Positions 47,097-56,750 of a stretch of 64,000 nt of DNA are shown here, piece by piece. Source of the stretch: Candidatus Kaiserbacteria bacterium (GTDB lineage Bacteria; Patescibacteriota; Minisyncoccia; Phycocordibacterales; UBA2100); NCBI GenBank assembly GCA_028286865.1, contig JAQBQU010000019.1:6930-70929 (forward strand), given 5' to 3'. The position numbers and the translations under genes are program-made. The notes below the pieces were generated by a model that saw nothing but the letters and a program-made list of their open reading frames with translations, ran no database searches and had not been told where the DNA came from. The stretch's first letter is position 1, and each line of letters starts with the position of its first letter.

Positions 47097-48401
47097 ATGA
47101 GTCTGAAGGCCGATGGATTAAATAGTAATGCTGCACTCGCAGCACACATACAGTATATGTATCACCGATCATTCGGGCCCCGTTCTGGCGGCTCATCCGG
47201 CTACGCTCCACGCGGAGGCCGACGCCCAGCAGGTGGAGGTTCTCGCTCAGGCGGCGGACGTCCACAGTCACGTTCAGGTGGCGGTCGCAATTTTGGCGGC
47301 CAGCGCATCGACACGGCGCGTTTTATCAATAAGGCAGTCGTCGTCGAAGAGCAGGCGGTATTCAATCCGATCCATGCATTCAACGATTTCCAGATCGAAG
47401 AGAGTCTCAAGAAGAACATCACCGCAAAGGGATATGTTCATCCGACTCCGATCCAGGACAGTGCGATCCCGCACGTGCTTCGCGGCGAAGACGTCGTCGG
47501 CATCGCGAACACCGGCACCGGCAAGACCGCTGCCTTCCTTATCCCGCTCATCAACAAGGTCCTCAAAGACCGCAACCAGCGCATCCTCATCATGGTCCCG
47601 ACGCGCGAGCTCGCGCAGCAGATCGAAGAGGAGTTCTGGGGCTTTGCCAATTACATGCGCATCGGCGCGGTCACGTGTGTCGGCGGTGCCAACATCAATC
47701 CGCAGATCAACATGCTCCGCCGCAAGCCAAATTTCGTCATCGGTACACCGGGACGATTGAAGGACATCATGGAGCGCCGCGTCTTGGATCTTTCGGGATT
47801 CCAGACCGTCGTTCTCGACGAAGCGGATCGCATGCTCGACATGGGATTCATCGACGACATGAAATTCATCCTCGGCCAGATGGCTCGTGAGCGCCACACG
47901 CTTTTCTTCTCCGCGACACTCTCGCGCGATATTGAAATGCTCATCGGCAGCTTCCTCAACAATCCTATCCGTATCTCGGTCAAGACCGGCGACACGTCGA
48001 AGAATGTTGATCAGGACGTCGTTCGCGTTTCGGGCAAGAACAAGGTGGATGTGCTCCACGACTTGCTCACACAGCCGGGATTCTCCAAGGTGCTCGTCTT
48101 CGGACGCACCAAGCACGGCGTCGAGAAGCTTTCACAGCTTCTCAACGACCGCGGGGTCAAGGCCGAATCGATCCACGGCAACAAGACGCAGTCGAAGCGT
48201 GAGCGCGCACTCTCAGGATTCAAGGGCAACCGTGTCCAGGTGCTCGTCGCGACCGACGTCGCCGCACGCGGTATCGACGTGGACAACGTCTCGCATGTCA
48301 TCAACTACGACATCCCGACGACCTACGAAGACTACGTGCACCGCATCGGCCGAACCGGGCGCGCTGGCAAGGGCGGCAAAGCGCTGACCTTCATCGACTA
48401 A
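47097..48401 (+). CDS. DEAD-box ATP-dependent RNA helicase with an N-terminal Arg/Gly-rich region
   Basis: Q motif, AxTGTGKT, DEAD (VLDEADRM), SAT and HRIGRTGRAG. Start uncertain: ATG 47097 has GAAGGGG upstream, and an alternative Met lies at 47157. Confidence 0.85.
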   Translation: MSLKADGLNSNAALAAHIQYMYHRSFGPRSGGSSGYAPRGGRRPAGGGSRSGGGRPQSRSGGGRNFGGQRIDTARFINKAVVVEEQAVFNPIHAFNDFQIEESLKKNITAKGYVHPTPIQDSAIPHVLRGEDVVGIANTGTGKTAAFLIPLINKVLKDRNQRILIMVPTRELAQQIEEEFWGFANYMRIGAVTCVGGANINPQINMLRRKPNFVIGTPGRLKDIMERRVLDLSGFQTVVLDEADRMLDMGFIDDMKFILGQMARERHTLFFSATLSRDIEMLIGSFLNNPIRISVKTGDTSKNVDQDVVRVSGKNKVDVLHDLLTQPGFSKVLVFGRTKHGVEKLSQLLNDRGVKAESIHGNKTQSKRERALSGFKGNRVQVLVATDVAARGIDVDNVSHVINYDIPTTYEDYVHRIGRTGRAGKGGKALTFID

Positions 48402-48411
48402 TACTCGAGAA

Positions 48412-48440
48412 CAAAAAGCCCCGCATTTCGCGGGGCTTTT
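48412..48440. terminator. Bidirectional terminator
   Basis: AAAAAGCCCCGC-atttc-GCGGGGCTTTTT between convergent genes. Confidence 0.8.
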
Positions 48441-48449
48441 TGTTATGTA

Positions 48450-49496
48450 TCAGTTTGTTATCTGCAGATACCACTGATGGATATGCTGCGGGATACTGTT
48501 CACGAACTCCTGGACCGACGGGTAGTGGATGTAGCAGAATCCGAAGGCGATCGCGATAAAGAGGATACCGATAGCATCGACGAGCGCGAACCACGGGTCG
48601 CTGTAGCCATGATGGCCGCGTCCCGACTGAAGCGGGCCGGTGACCGCGTGGAAAAGCACGAAGAGGATCACGATCGCGACCCACAAGGGGACCGTGGCCG
48701 GAAGCATGAGGCCGAATACAGTGCCGCTGGTGATAAGTCCCAAAAGCGCCACGATCCACACGACCGCCAGGATCACGCTCAAAAGTCCGAAAATATGTCG
48801 CGTACCTGAGGGCTCAGGGTGATTCTGGAATTTCTTCCACATGCGACGATCGTTCTTCCATGCATGGCGTTTCGCCTTCCAATTATTCCATTTCTCAGAG
48901 CGCCACGCGCCGCCTTCGGCGAAATTTTGGTATTGGGCGCGCGCTTTGTTCACCAGTTCCTGCGCGTTGAACGGAAGTCCGTGTGCTGCGGCCTTTTGTT
49001 CGGAGGTATACGCATAGGGGATAAGGATCATCGCGGCGATATACGCAAAAATAAATGCACCGCCCGTGATCACGGTGAGCCCGATGAATATGATGCGCAC
49101 GATCGTCACATCCACATTCAGGTATGCCGCGATCCCGGCACACACTCCGCCGATGACGGCACCCTCATACATAAGGTAGAGCTTCTTGGGAGCATCGGTC
49201 TTTTCGCCGGAAGTCGCCCCGGGATCAGTCTTTGGCTGCTCTTCTCCGGAGACCGGTCCCATTTCTACCAATATCGTTTCCACCTCGGTGGTCGTGACCA
49301 CGTCTTTGTGAGAGCTGAGGTATCGGGCACACTTTTCTCCGATCGCCTGCTCGAGATCCTTCACGATCTCCGCCTTGTCGGGATTTTCCGCGAGGTGGCG
49401 CTCGGCTTCAGAGAGGTAGGCGCGCAGCGCATCATACCCGGGCTCCTCGACCTGGTATGCCTTGCCGCCCAGATGAATTGAAATGACTTTGTTCAT
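48450..49496 (-). CDS. PspC-domain membrane protein
   Basis: LYLMYEGAVIGGVCAGIAAYLNVDVTIVRIIF is the PspC domain. Downstream of padR on the same strand. Confidence 0.75.
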   Translation of the reverse strand: MNKVISIHLGGKAYQVEEPGYDALRAYLSEAERHLAENPDKAEIVKDLEQAIGEKCARYLSSHKDVVTTTEVETILVEMGPVSGEEQPKTDPGATSGEKTDAPKKLYLMYEGAVIGGVCAGIAAYLNVDVTIVRIIFIGLTVITGGAFIFAYIAAMILIPYAYTSEQKAAAHGLPFNAQELVNKARAQYQNFAEGGAWRSEKWNNWKAKRHAWKNDRRMWKKFQNHPEPSGTRHIFGLLSVILAVVWIVALLGLITSGTVFGLMLPATVPLWVAIVILFVLFHAVTGPLQSGRGHHGYSDPWFALVDAIGILFIAIAFGFCYIHYPSVQEFVNSIPQHIHQWYLQITN

Positions 49497-49501
49497 AATT
49501 C

Positions 49502-49840
49502 TTATTTAATCTTCTGTGCGAGCTTACTAAGAGTCGTTTCGATGCGGTTCAGATAATCTTTGATGTCTTCGAGGTGTTCAGTTCCTTTCTTGGTCAGGCT
49601 GTAATACTTACGCGGGGGCCCGGCGTCTGATTCACGCCACTCATAATCGACGAATTCTTCACGCCGTAGCTTCGAGAGGAGAGGGTAGAGGGTGCCTTCG
49701 AGGGTCGCGAATTCAGTGCCGGCGAGCTTCGCGAGAATATCCGCCGCGTACACATCGCCGCGCGAGATCACCGAGAGCACCGCACACTCCAAGAGCCCGC
49801 TGCGGATCGGCTGGAAACGTTCATCGATAGAAGTAGTCAT
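49502..49840 (-). CDS. PadR-family transcriptional regulator
   Basis: LLECAVLSVISRGDVYAADIL...GTLYPLLSKLRREEFV. Confidence 0.85.
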   Translation of the reverse strand: MTTSIDERFQPIRSGLLECAVLSVISRGDVYAADILAKLAGTEFATLEGTLYPLLSKLRREEFVDYEWRESDAGPPRKYYSLTKKGTEHLEDIKDYLNRIETTLSKLAQKIK

Positions 49841-49924
49841 ATAGCTCTTTGGTACCTTGTATCAAAAAGGTAGCATACTGTAAAAAGGTGTCAAGCGCTC
49901 TGCGGCCCGTGCTACGATCGCGAC

Positions 49925-51220
49925 ATGACAGCCCGAAACCGACTGCTGGCGCAAAGCGGCCTCATCCTTGTCGTGCTCACCCTCCTGATCGTGATAGCGT
50001 GCATCTTTCAAAAGGTCGTACCGGTCCCGCAGCCCGTGCCTCCGGTATCGTCGGACACTCATTATCTGTATGCACCGGGCAACGTTCAATTCGACATCGC
50101 ACCCGGGTGGGTACTCGCCACGGACACGGTCGCACTGCCAAAAGATATCAGCGGACTCCGTTTCGCATTTCTCAAACAAGGAACGCCCTGCGTCTTTGCA
50201 TACGTGCGAATGACGAGCGCCGAGCGGGAAGCGTATGTGCAGACGTCGTTCGCCGAGCGCATATTCAGCGGACCAAATGATGCGAATCAATTCGATTCGT
50301 CGTGGTATATCCGCAAAACGGACACGCCGGCGGGATTTGCTTTTGATTGGGACGCACGCCAGCCGTTTCGCAATGAGGTCCGTATCATGCCGCCAGGATA
50401 TCTCGGCAGATGGGAATACGGCGATCATATGCGCGCATTCCTTTTGTATGACGAGGACGGTACGACCGTGCCGGATGAGTGTAATGCGGATGTGAATAGC
50501 ATGCTTCATACGCTCGTCGAATATTATCCGACGACAACCCTCTCTAGAGATGCCGTAGGCTCGCTGTATATAAAATATTCCAAAGTGCTGCTCTTGGGCG
50601 ACGACGACATCGCGCGCCTCGTGTACGAACTTCCCGCCGGCGCGAGCGATTTCATGTTCGCGCGGAATCGCATCTACTATCGCGCGGGCAGTAGCGTGCG
50701 ATTCTATGATCTGCTCCAGATGGCAGATGGTGTGACCGGCGTCCGGCCCTTAGCGACCGATGCCAACTACTCATATTTGGTCTCGGGCGCATCGATCTTC
50801 AGTATTTCCGACGGGAGCTGTGCGCCGGATGTGCCATGTAAACAAAAATTGTATGACATGGATATCGGAACCGGCCTCTCATCTTTTTTAGGCGACGTTT
50901 CAGCCAATTCGATCATGGGATTCAGTACGAAGGATCAGGCGGTGTATCTCGAGTGGGCGCACGGCGACGCGGGATGCGCGAGCAGCGCCGTGACAAGATA
51001 CTCGATCATTCGCGGCGTGATGGAAGATGTAGGAAACTTCAGTAGTTGTCAGGAAGACACGGGTTATGCGGCGAAAATGGCGGCATATAAGGCGGTTCGC
51101 GATAGCCTCGATGGTGGCATGCGATCCGGCACCCACATTGATGTCGCACACGGCCTGTTCACGATCCCCTCGAACGATACATTCGCCGATCCGGGTGCCT
51201 TCCCGCTACGTTTTGAATAG
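49925..51220 (+). CDS. Membrane-anchored hypothetical protein (431 aa)
   Basis: N-terminal TM (GLILVVLTLLIVIACIF) with no recognisable domain. TACGAT + 6 nt + ATG. Confidence 0.55.
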   Translation: MTARNRLLAQSGLILVVLTLLIVIACIFQKVVPVPQPVPPVSSDTHYLYAPGNVQFDIAPGWVLATDTVALPKDISGLRFAFLKQGTPCVFAYVRMTSAEREAYVQTSFAERIFSGPNDANQFDSSWYIRKTDTPAGFAFDWDARQPFRNEVRIMPPGYLGRWEYGDHMRAFLLYDEDGTTVPDECNADVNSMLHTLVEYYPTTTLSRDAVGSLYIKYSKVLLLGDDDIARLVYELPAGASDFMFARNRIYYRAGSSVRFYDLLQMADGVTGVRPLATDANYSYLVSGASIFSISDGSCAPDVPCKQKLYDMDIGTGLSSFLGDVSANSIMGFSTKDQAVYLEWAHGDAGCASSAVTRYSIIRGVMEDVGNFSSCQEDTGYAAKMAAYKAVRDSLDGGMRSGTHIDVAHGLFTIPSNDTFADPGAFPLRFE

Positions 51221-51346
51221 AAAGTAAGAAAGTGCGGCCACGCTTGCGCTTTTACCCGGAAAAGTGCATAACTGTGATATTAGCCCAGAGACCATGGAAT
51301 AGGTCAAGGGTGACGAAGCTTATAAACCGTTATTTAGAGCCAAGAA

Positions 51347-53026
51347 ATGTATTATATGAACAAAGTTATCACCGCCGGTATCATCGCACTGAGCCTCCTT
51401 ACTACGGGAGTCGCATCAGCCCAAAGCTATTCATACGGCTCACCGTACTCGTATTCGCAGACCTATTCCTACGGTACTTGCAACCAGATCTCGCGCGACC
51501 TTTCCCGCGGCATGCGCGGCAGCGATGTCTCGGCTCTCCAGTCCTTCCTCGTCGCTCAGAACTATTCCGGCTCCGGCTCGTGGATGGTGACCGGATTCTT
51601 CGGCACCGCAACAGCGGTCGCTGTTCAGAACTTCCAGCGCTCGCACAATCTTCCGGTTTCCGGCATCGCCGACAGCTGGACGCGCGCTGCGATCATGAGC
51701 TCATGCGGTAACACCTATCCGACGACTCCGACATATCCGTCGTACCCGACGTATCCTACATACCCAACCTACCCGACGTATCCTACATACCCGACCTATC
51801 CGACACAGAATGTCGTGAGCATCACTTCGCTCACACCGAACACCGCCACTTCCGGATCCGTCGTCACGATCTACGGATCGGGATTCGATCAGACGAACAC
51901 CGTCTATGTCGGCTCCACTGCCGTTCCGTCGACCTCGTACGGAGGCACCACGATCACCTTCACCGTCCCTGCGTTCCTCTCCGGTACGCAGCAGGTGTAC
52001 GTCGCGAATACCCGCGGCACGAGCAACAGCTTGCCGCTTACGATCAGCTCTAACAACTGCGCATACACCTCGAATTATTACGGAGGCAATTGCTACAATC
52101 CGTGCACCTATAATTGCAATACGGGAGCGCTCTCCGTCTCGTACCTCAATCCGTCATCCGGCGCCGTCGGTTCCAATGTCACTATCATCGGCTCCGGATT
52201 CTCAGCGACGGGCAACACCGTTCACTTCGGGCAGGGTATCATCGCGGGTGCTATCTCAAGCGACGGCAACTCCGTATCATTCACCGTTCCGACCACTCTT
52301 ACGGGCTACGGCTCACAGCAGACACAGCTCGGTACCTATCCGGTCTCAGTGACCAACAGCTCAGGCGCGAGCTCGAACTCGGTGCAGTACACCGTGACCT
52401 CGCTCGGCACCACCAATGCGCCGGTCATCACAAGCGTGAACGGCCCATCGAATCTTCAGGCGGGCGTCAGCGGCACCTGGACCGTCAATGTGACGACCTA
52501 CGGTAATCAGAACACCCTCGTGAATGCCGCATGGGGCGACACCGGCAATGGCTACGTCAATGCCGCAGCTCCGCAGAATCTCTACGGTTCAGGCGCGCAG
52601 ACGGTCACGTTCACTCATGCATATGTGACACAAGGCACCTACACGGCGACCTTCACGGTCTCGAACAACAACGGTCAGTCGAACGTGTACACCATGACCG
52701 TGTACGTTTCCGGCAACGCGAACAATCAGGTCACACTCTCATACCTCTCGCCGACATCCGGCCGCATCGGCACACAAGTGATGCTTTCGGGCACCGGCTT
52801 CGCGCAGAACGACAACACGGTCCACTTCGGGACCGGCGGCACCATGCACGTGCCAAGCTATGGCAACACCATCTACTTCACCATCCCGTCGTACATCTCG
52901 GTGTGTGATGTGACGCCAGGAACTAACTGCTTCGCAGCGCAGGCTGTGACCCCGGGCACCTACCAGATCTACATCACCAACAGCAATGGCCAGACCAACC
53001 AGCTTACGTTCACCGTCACTCAGTAG
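51347..53026 (+). CDS. Secreted protein: peptidoglycan-binding domain, P-T-Y repeat linker, IPT/TIG repeats and a PKD-like domain
   Basis: Signal peptide, PG_binding_1 pattern (GSDVSALQSFLV...VAVQNFQRSHNLPVSG), repeated TxxGSGF...TVxFG modules and a WGDTGNG...THAY...GTYTATFTV module. Confidence 0.7.
   Translation: MYYMNKVITAGIIALSLLTTGVASAQSYSYGSPYSYSQTYSYGTCNQISRDLSRGMRGSDVSALQSFLVAQNYSGSGSWMVTGFFGTATAVAVQNFQRSHNLPVSGIADSWTRAAIMSSCGNTYPTTPTYPSYPTYPTYPTYPTYPTYPTYPTQNVVSITSLTPNTATSGSVVTIYGSGFDQTNTVYVGSTAVPSTSYGGTTITFTVPAFLSGTQQVYVANTRGTSNSLPLTISSNNCAYTSNYYGGNCYNPCTYNCNTGALSVSYLNPSSGAVGSNVTIIGSGFSATGNTVHFGQGIIAGAISSDGNSVSFTVPTTLTGYGSQQTQLGTYPVSVTNSSGASSNSVQYTVTSLGTTNAPVITSVNGPSNLQAGVSGTWTVNVTTYGNQNTLVNAAWGDTGNGYVNAAAPQNLYGSGAQTVTFTHAYVTQGTYTATFTVSNNNGQSNVYTMTVYVSGNANNQVTLSYLSPTSGRIGTQVMLSGTGFAQNDNTVHFGTGGTMHVPSYGNTIYFTIPSYISVCDVTPGTNCFAAQAVTPGTYQIYITNSNGQTNQLTFTVTQ
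51712..51804 (+). repeat. In-frame 9-bp tandem repeat encoding (P-T/S-Y)n
   Basis: ACCTATCCG/ACATATCCG/TCGTACCCG/ACGTATCCT... about 10 units, giving the peptide TYPTTPTYPSYPTYPTYPTYPTYPTYPTYPT. Confidence 0.8.
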
Positions 53027-53042
53027 ATCTTCCTTCTGAGGT

Positions 53043-53076
53043 AATGCAAAGCGCGCCGTACGGCGCGCTTTGCATT
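53043..53076. terminator. Perfect 34-nt palindrome hairpin
   Basis: AATGCAAAGCGCGCCG-TA-CGGCGCGCTTTGCATT. Confidence 0.7.
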
Positions 53077-53119
53077 TGAGCTCATTGAGCCTCCATGAAA
53101 GCGGCGTATATTCCTCAAT

Positions 53120-53800
53120 ATGTTCAAGCACGAATGGGACGTGTCCATCCCGGAAGCGACCCGTATCCAAAAAGAAATGCGCTCGCTGGTGCGGCTGGAA
53201 CCTTTGCCGCACGCGCCGCATACCATCGCCGGCGCCGACATTTCATTCAATCGGTACTCGGACATCTTTCACGCAGGCATCGTCGTTCTTTCGCTGCCGG
53301 ACCTCGTGATCATCGACCGAAGCTTCCATACGATGCAGGTGAAATTTCCGTATGTTCCCGGCTATCTCTCATTTCGCGAAGTGCCGGCCATCATGGAAGC
53401 GTATGCGCGACTCAAGATAAAACCCGATGTCCTCATGATGGACGGCAATGGCATCGCGCACCCGAGGCGGCTCGGGGTAGCGACGCACCTCGGGATATTG
53501 CTCGATATTCCGGTCATCGGTGTTGCCAAATCACTGCTCTATGGAGTGGGAGAAGAACCCGCTCAGGAGAAGGGAAGTATTTCGTATCTCACCGCACGGG
53601 ACAACGGAGAAACGATCGGTGCCTACCTGCGCACCAAGGACCGCGTGAAGCCGGTCATCGTCTCTCCGGGGCATCGCATAACGCTGCCCGAATCGATCGC
53701 GCTCTCGCTCGCGTGCGTAAGAAATCACCGTATTCCCGAGCCTACGCGGCTTGCTCATAATACGGTCAATGAATTCAGGCGAGGCGAGATCGAGGGGTGA
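53120..53800 (+). CDS. nfi: Endonuclease V
   Basis: GADISF...PYVPGYLSFREVP...DGNGIAHPRRLGVATHLG...VIGVAKS. Confidence 0.9.
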   Translation: MFKHEWDVSIPEATRIQKEMRSLVRLEPLPHAPHTIAGADISFNRYSDIFHAGIVVLSLPDLVIIDRSFHTMQVKFPYVPGYLSFREVPAIMEAYARLKIKPDVLMMDGNGIAHPRRLGVATHLGILLDIPVIGVAKSLLYGVGEEPAQEKGSISYLTARDNGETIGAYLRTKDRVKPVIVSPGHRITLPESIALSLACVRNHRIPEPTRLAHNTVNEFRRGEIEG

Positions 53801-53822
53801 TTTTTTAGTGCATACTATCGGT

Positions 53823-54470
53823 ATGCCATTTGAGCGATATGTGCGCCTCGCACTCATTGCGATCTTGTCGGCCCTCGCGGTCGTCATCATGGTGCCCGTG
53901 TGCATGCGCCTCGCCATGCAGAACTACATGTATACCAACGTCGATGACGTGCCGGTCGCGCAGGTCGCACTCGTGCTCGGTGCCTCGGTAAGTCACGGCC
54001 AGCCGTCGCCTATCCTCGAGCGCCGCGCCGCCGCCGCGGTCGAGCTGTACCGTCGCGGCAAAGTCTCAAAGATACTCGTGACGGGGGACAACGGCGCGCT
54101 TTCTCACGATGAAGTGACCCCGGTGCGCAAATACCTGATCGATGCCGGTATCCCGGCGGGCGATATATTTCTCGATCATGCCGGCTTCGATACTTATTCG
54201 AGCATGTACCGCGCGCGCGATGTGTTCCAGGCGCAATCGATCACGATCGTGACCCAGGATTTCCATTTGCCGCGCGCACTCTTCATTGCGCGGCATCTCG
54301 GCATGACCGCCTACGGCTACACCGCGGCGGGAGGTGATGAGGAGCACGATTATATACGCGAGATACCGGCGTCCAACAAAGCACTGCTTGATCTCGTGAT
54401 CCGCCGCGTGCCTAAGTATCTCGGAGATATCATTCCATTATCGGGAGACGGCAGCACGACTTGGTATTAG
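53823..54470 (+). CDS. SanA/ElyC/YdcF (DUF218) family protein
   Basis: N-terminal TM, ALVLGA...ILVTGDNG...TQDFHLPRA. CATACT + 6 nt + ATG 53823 (the track starts at 53751, inside nfi). Confidence 0.75.
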   Translation: MPFERYVRLALIAILSALAVVIMVPVCMRLAMQNYMYTNVDDVPVAQVALVLGASVSHGQPSPILERRAAAAVELYRRGKVSKILVTGDNGALSHDEVTPVRKYLIDAGIPAGDIFLDHAGFDTYSSMYRARDVFQAQSITIVTQDFHLPRALFIARHLGMTAYGYTAAGGDEEHDYIREIPASNKALLDLVIRRVPKYLGDIIPLSGDGSTTWY

Positions 54471-54612
54471 CGCGAAAAGAAATACGCTTCGGAAACCTTG
54501 AGTTTGCGCCGACCGGTCACGAAGTAAGGTTGCTCATGTTGCGCGATGTTTCTGCAGCATATTTCCTTTCGCACTCCTCGCTTTTTGTCGGAAAATTTGT
54601 TACATACAGAGA

Positions 54613-54906
54613 ATGCAATTCAAAATTCCATTCAAAGGTTCGCGCGCAGACGGTATCGTACGTATCAAGCAGATGCTCACCGAGCACGCCGCACAGATCA
54701 AAGAGAATGCGCAGGGGGTCAAGACCGAGTGGAACGATCACGTCCTTTCTTTTGAGTTCACCGCGCAGGGCAAACACATCACGGGTACGGTCACGGTCAA
54801 CGACAACGAATTCGATATCTACGCCAAGCTCCCGCTCACGCTCAGGCTTTTTGAGGGTACGATCGAGCGGATGGTAGAGGGTGAGATCAAGAAATTGGCT
54901 CTGTAG
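54613..54906 (+). CDS. Polyhydroxyalkanoic-acid-system-like small protein (PHA_gran_rgn family)
   Basis: 97 aa: ...WNDHVLSFEFTAQGKHITGTVTVNDNEFDIYAKLPLTLRLFEGTIE. Confidence 0.5.
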   Translation: MQFKIPFKGSRADGIVRIKQMLTEHAAQIKENAQGVKTEWNDHVLSFEFTAQGKHITGTVTVNDNEFDIYAKLPLTLRLFEGTIERMVEGEIKKLAL

Positions 54907-54956
54907 AGCCCCCAGAATTAGCTGTAACGAAGCGCGCGTTGATACGTCTCATACGT

Positions 54957-56180
54957 ATGCATCTCTTCAATACACATATAGTAAGTTTTTTCCTCGCACC
55001 GTTCATATTCTTCGGGGCTATGTTCTCGCATAACGCGTATACGCCGCCCGCTGCTACCTCCATCGATCCGGTCGCATGCACTATGGAAGCCAAGCTCTGT
55101 CCCGACGGCTCATACGTCGGCCGCACCGGCCCTCAGTGCCAATTCACCGAATGTCCTACGGGAGTCGCAACGACGACTCCACATACCATCGTATCGGTCA
55201 GTTCGCTCTCACCGACCTCCGGTGTCGTCGGTTCAGTAGTGACGATCAAAGGTTCCGGATTCGCGGGTGATAACACGGTGCATTTTGGTTCGGGGGTCAT
55301 CGTCCATGTCATATCAAAAAGCAATACATCACTGACCTTTACCGTACCGAACGGTCTCACTCCAGCATGTTTTTATTCAAATCCGCGCTGTATGGTCATG
55401 ACTCGTCTGACTACTCCCGGCGTCTATCCTGTCTCCGTGCAAAATTCCCGCGGAACGAGCAATGTGGTGAATTTCACCGTGACGGATGGATCTACACCTG
55501 AGCCGACGACGATCTCGATCCAATCCATAATTCCGAAGTCGGGCACCGTTGGCACCGTGGTCACGCTCACCGGACGATTCATGAGCGATAGCAACATCAT
55601 TCATTTCGGGAGCGGCGCGATCGGTCCGGTGGGAATTGATTCTTCCATCGCCGTTGCATGTACCACCGATCCGTCGTGCATTCCCGGCATCCGCCAGACG
55701 ATCCATTTCACCGTGCCATCAAGCGTCGGTCCGTACTGCCAGCCCGGAATGATGTGTCCTATGTATCTGCAGCTCGTTACGCCGGGCACCTACAAAGTGT
55801 ACGTAGAGAATGAGAACGGAACGACCAATACGGTAACGTTCACGGTCACCGGTCCGGTCGCTTCCGGCGGCCCGCTCTCGGTCACCGGTCTTGATGCTCC
55901 CGCATCACTCGCGCTCGGCACCACCGGCACGTGGACGATCCATGTCAATACCAATACGGACGCCGGCACGCTGCACTATTCAGTGGTATGGGGAGATGAA
56001 ACGAATGCAGCTACTGCAAGCCAGATACGCGATCCGGGAACCGTTGATATTCAGTCATCCGCCACCTTCACGCATAGCTATCAGCGATCGGGCACATTCA
56101 CCCCTACGTTCACCGTTGTTGACGATGCAGGGCACAGCGTAACGACCAGTTCCACTGTGGTCGTTACGCCGCTCTATTAA
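54957..56180 (+). CDS. Secreted IPT/TIG-repeat + PKD-like protein (paralog of the 51347 gene's C-terminal part)
   Basis: Signal-like N-terminus, VVTIKGSGFAGDNTVHFG modules and a WGDETN...THSY...GTFTPTFTVVD module. The track start is TTG 54939. I prefer the ATG at 54957. Confidence 0.65.
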   Translation: MHLFNTHIVSFFLAPFIFFGAMFSHNAYTPPAATSIDPVACTMEAKLCPDGSYVGRTGPQCQFTECPTGVATTTPHTIVSVSSLSPTSGVVGSVVTIKGSGFAGDNTVHFGSGVIVHVISKSNTSLTFTVPNGLTPACFYSNPRCMVMTRLTTPGVYPVSVQNSRGTSNVVNFTVTDGSTPEPTTISIQSIIPKSGTVGTVVTLTGRFMSDSNIIHFGSGAIGPVGIDSSIAVACTTDPSCIPGIRQTIHFTVPSSVGPYCQPGMMCPMYLQLVTPGTYKVYVENENGTTNTVTFTVTGPVASGGPLSVTGLDAPASLALGTTGTWTIHVNTNTDAGTLHYSVVWGDETNAATASQIRDPGTVDIQSSATFTHSYQRSGTFTPTFTVVDDAGHSVTTSSTVVVTPLY

Positions 56181-56207
56181 ATTAAATCCGTTTGCTAAAC
56201 TGCTTTT

Positions 56208-56687
56208 ATGGCAGTACACAAAGAAGTGACGATCGGCCATGTGCATCTCACGGTCTCGGATCTTGAGCGATCGCTCAGCTTCTATCGCGACATCCTCGGC
56301 TTTGAAGTCACGGCCCGATTCGATTCCGCTGCATTTCTCTCCGCCGGCGGCTATCACCATCACATCGGTCTCAATACATGGGCCGGAGCGGGGGCGTCGC
56401 GCCCGCCGGCAGGACGCACCGGGCTGTATCATTTTGCGATCCTCTATCCCACCCGAAGAGAGCTCGCGCTCGCGCTGAGGTCGCTCGGCGCGGCAGAATA
56501 TCCGCTCACGGGAAGCGCAGACCACGGCGTCTCAGAAGCGATCTATCTCGATGATCCCGACGGCAATGGGGTCGAGCTGTATGTGGATCGCCCGCGGTCT
56601 GAGTGGAAGGTATCGAATGACGGCAAAGTGGAGATGATCACGGCGCCACTCGATATCGAAGACCTGCTCAAAGCCGCGGACTCGTGA
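56208..56687 (+). CDS. VOC-family protein (glyoxalase / extradiol dioxygenase-like)
   Basis: IGHVHLTVSDLERSLSFYRDILGF...EAIYLDDPDGNGVELY. TAAACT + 6 nt + ATG. Confidence 0.75.
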   Translation: MAVHKEVTIGHVHLTVSDLERSLSFYRDILGFEVTARFDSAAFLSAGGYHHHIGLNTWAGAGASRPPAGRTGLYHFAILYPTRRELALALRSLGAAEYPLTGSADHGVSEAIYLDDPDGNGVELYVDRPRSEWKVSNDGKVEMITAPLDIEDLLKAADS

Positions 56688-56750
56688 TCCCACAGCCAAA
56701 TTCATGCAAACTACACTGCAAGAATTGGTATACTCACACGTCTAGATCCT

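Noticed and set aside
51712-51804. The 9-bp tandem repeat (also the PT-coding repeat at about 57965-58014) as a possible CRISPR array or VNTR element.
   Set aside because: The units are contiguous with no spacers, they are in frame, and they encode Pro/Thr/Tyr linker peptides inside clear secreted-protein genes. No CRISPR-like repeat-spacer structure occurs anywhere in the window.
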